Part shown: positions 62,785 through 64,000 of the stretch, piece by piece
Layout: each line of letters begins with the position of its first letter
Numbering within the stretch: position 1 is the stretch's first letter
From: Mobula hypostoma
Taxonomy: Eukaryota
Assembly (NCBI RefSeq): GCF_963921235.1
Contig: NC_086107.1
Coordinates: forward strand, 93,932,001-93,996,000
Length of the DNA stretch: 64,000 nt
Direction of reading: 5' to 3'
Translations under genes and position numbers: made by a program
The notes under the pieces: generated by a model
What the model saw: the letters and a program-made list of their open reading frames with translations, nothing else
What the model was told of the DNA's origin: nothing
The model's database searches: none

Positions 62785-63662
62785 CTAAGTTCAAAGATTC
62801 AGAGGTTCAAGCTGCATTTATAATAGAAGCATGCATACAGAGTGCCACTGCGAGATTCACCCTTCGGCTGGCAGCCATAAAACAAGGAAATACCATGGAA
62901 CCCGTTCAGGAAAACATCAAGTATCCAATGCACGAAAAAAGAAGAAATTAATCGAATGGCAAAAAGTGAGCAAACATTAAATGTCAAACCAGGAGTCCAG
63001 GAGTATTCAGTTTACTTCAGTTCGGTGTTGTGCTGCTAGCCGGCTGCAGGACACGGGGCAAAGCATTCTTCGCTGAGGTGCCTCACACCATATCAATCAC
63101 CCTGATCAAACCCCTCAATAACAGCAGAGAAAAAACAGTAACCAGAATCCAGGAACACATGCGACATAGACCCCAAATTCCCCCCCCCCCAAAACAAGTA
63201 CACAGCCTCTCTGATCAATCCATGCAATATGGATCCCAAGACTCCTGCACTTTCCTCGGACAGCAGCTAACGAGAGTGAGAGGAAGGCAGGCAGGCAGCA
63301 GCGAACATCCTCCACTCTCGTCCTCATCGACTTCAACCTTGCCTGACGCCTCAACTGAAGAAAAGCAGTGGAGTCCATTATGGGCTCGCACCCTCGATGC
63401 CTCAGTCAGAGCGAAGCAATGGAGTTGATCGTGATCCCTGTTGCCAGGCCGCGCACTCCACTCCAAACCTCACCGTTTTCCCTCGGAGACAGAAAAGCGC
63501 CAGATCTCCCAATCAGCCCGAAAACACACCATCAAATTACAAATCACAGGTTCCAGTCACACGCAGCTTTGTCATAGAATCACAAAGAAGAAGAAGTGAA
63601 AGAGAAATTTTTTGAACTACCTGCAGGACATTGGTCGCTTTGTTCACGGGCGCCATCTTGAA
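62785..63662 (-). mobile_element. Unclassified non-autonomous retroelement (Rex1/L2-associated?)
   Basis: Minus strand begins CAAGATGGCGCC and ends in an A/T-rich stretch followed by a tgaac/tgaatc-type tail. No ORF. Confidence 0.35.
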
Positions 63663-64000
63663 CATGAATAGTTTACTTTGAAAGCTGAGTTTATTGTCAC
63701 TACATACTGTATGTATGGTACACTGAGGTACAGGCATCACAGACAGGAGCAAGGCCTTAATCCAAAAATAAAAACCACTATCAGAGGAAAGTCCATGGTC
63801 ATGCAAGAAGTGGTCCGTAATGTCCTGTTGCTGAGGTATCGTTAGGGTTGTGCAGGTCAGTTCAAGAATCTGATGGTTGAAGGGTAGTAGCTGTTCCTGA
63901 ACCTGGTGTGGTAGGACTTTGGGTTTCTGTACCTCCTGCCTGACAGTGGCAGTGAGAAGAAGGCATGAGCCAGACGAGTACAGGTGCCATATTCTTAATA

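Noticed and set aside
1..64000. CRISPR arrays, operons or other prokaryotic/phage systems
   Set aside because: The sequence is vertebrate intronic/intergenic DNA with spliceosomal introns. There are no regularly spaced repeats or gene-dense segments.

Overview
Vertebrate genomic DNA, most likely from a cartilaginous fish. A ray or other batoid is inferred from the HE1/V-SINE-like, CR1, Rex1, L1 and Penelope repeat landscape. The only host gene I can support is EMC10 on the minus strand: CpG-rich first exon at ~55.9 kb, exons 2-4 at 29.7, 26.1 and 23.8 kb. Later exons were not found and probably lie left of the window. The rest is densely nested transposons: two full-length but disabled L1s, several CR1s, Rex1, L2, RTE-derived short elements, a Tc1, a Tigger/pogo remnant, a Harbinger-type MITE inside a solo LTR, and many SINEs. 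The most interesting system is a young Penelope-like (Neptune-type) retroelement. It has an uninterrupted RT + GIY-YIG frame and a minimal hammerhead ribozyme in its 3' region. About a dozen short derivatives of that end occur in the window, several with clean 13-15 bp target-site duplications (TSDs). One is a perfect 98+98 bp palindrome holding two back-to-back hammerhead cores. An unexplained CpG-rich 178-nt imperfect hairpin lies ~0.5 kb upstream of EMC10 exon 2. Family assignments come from motif recognition, not database searches.
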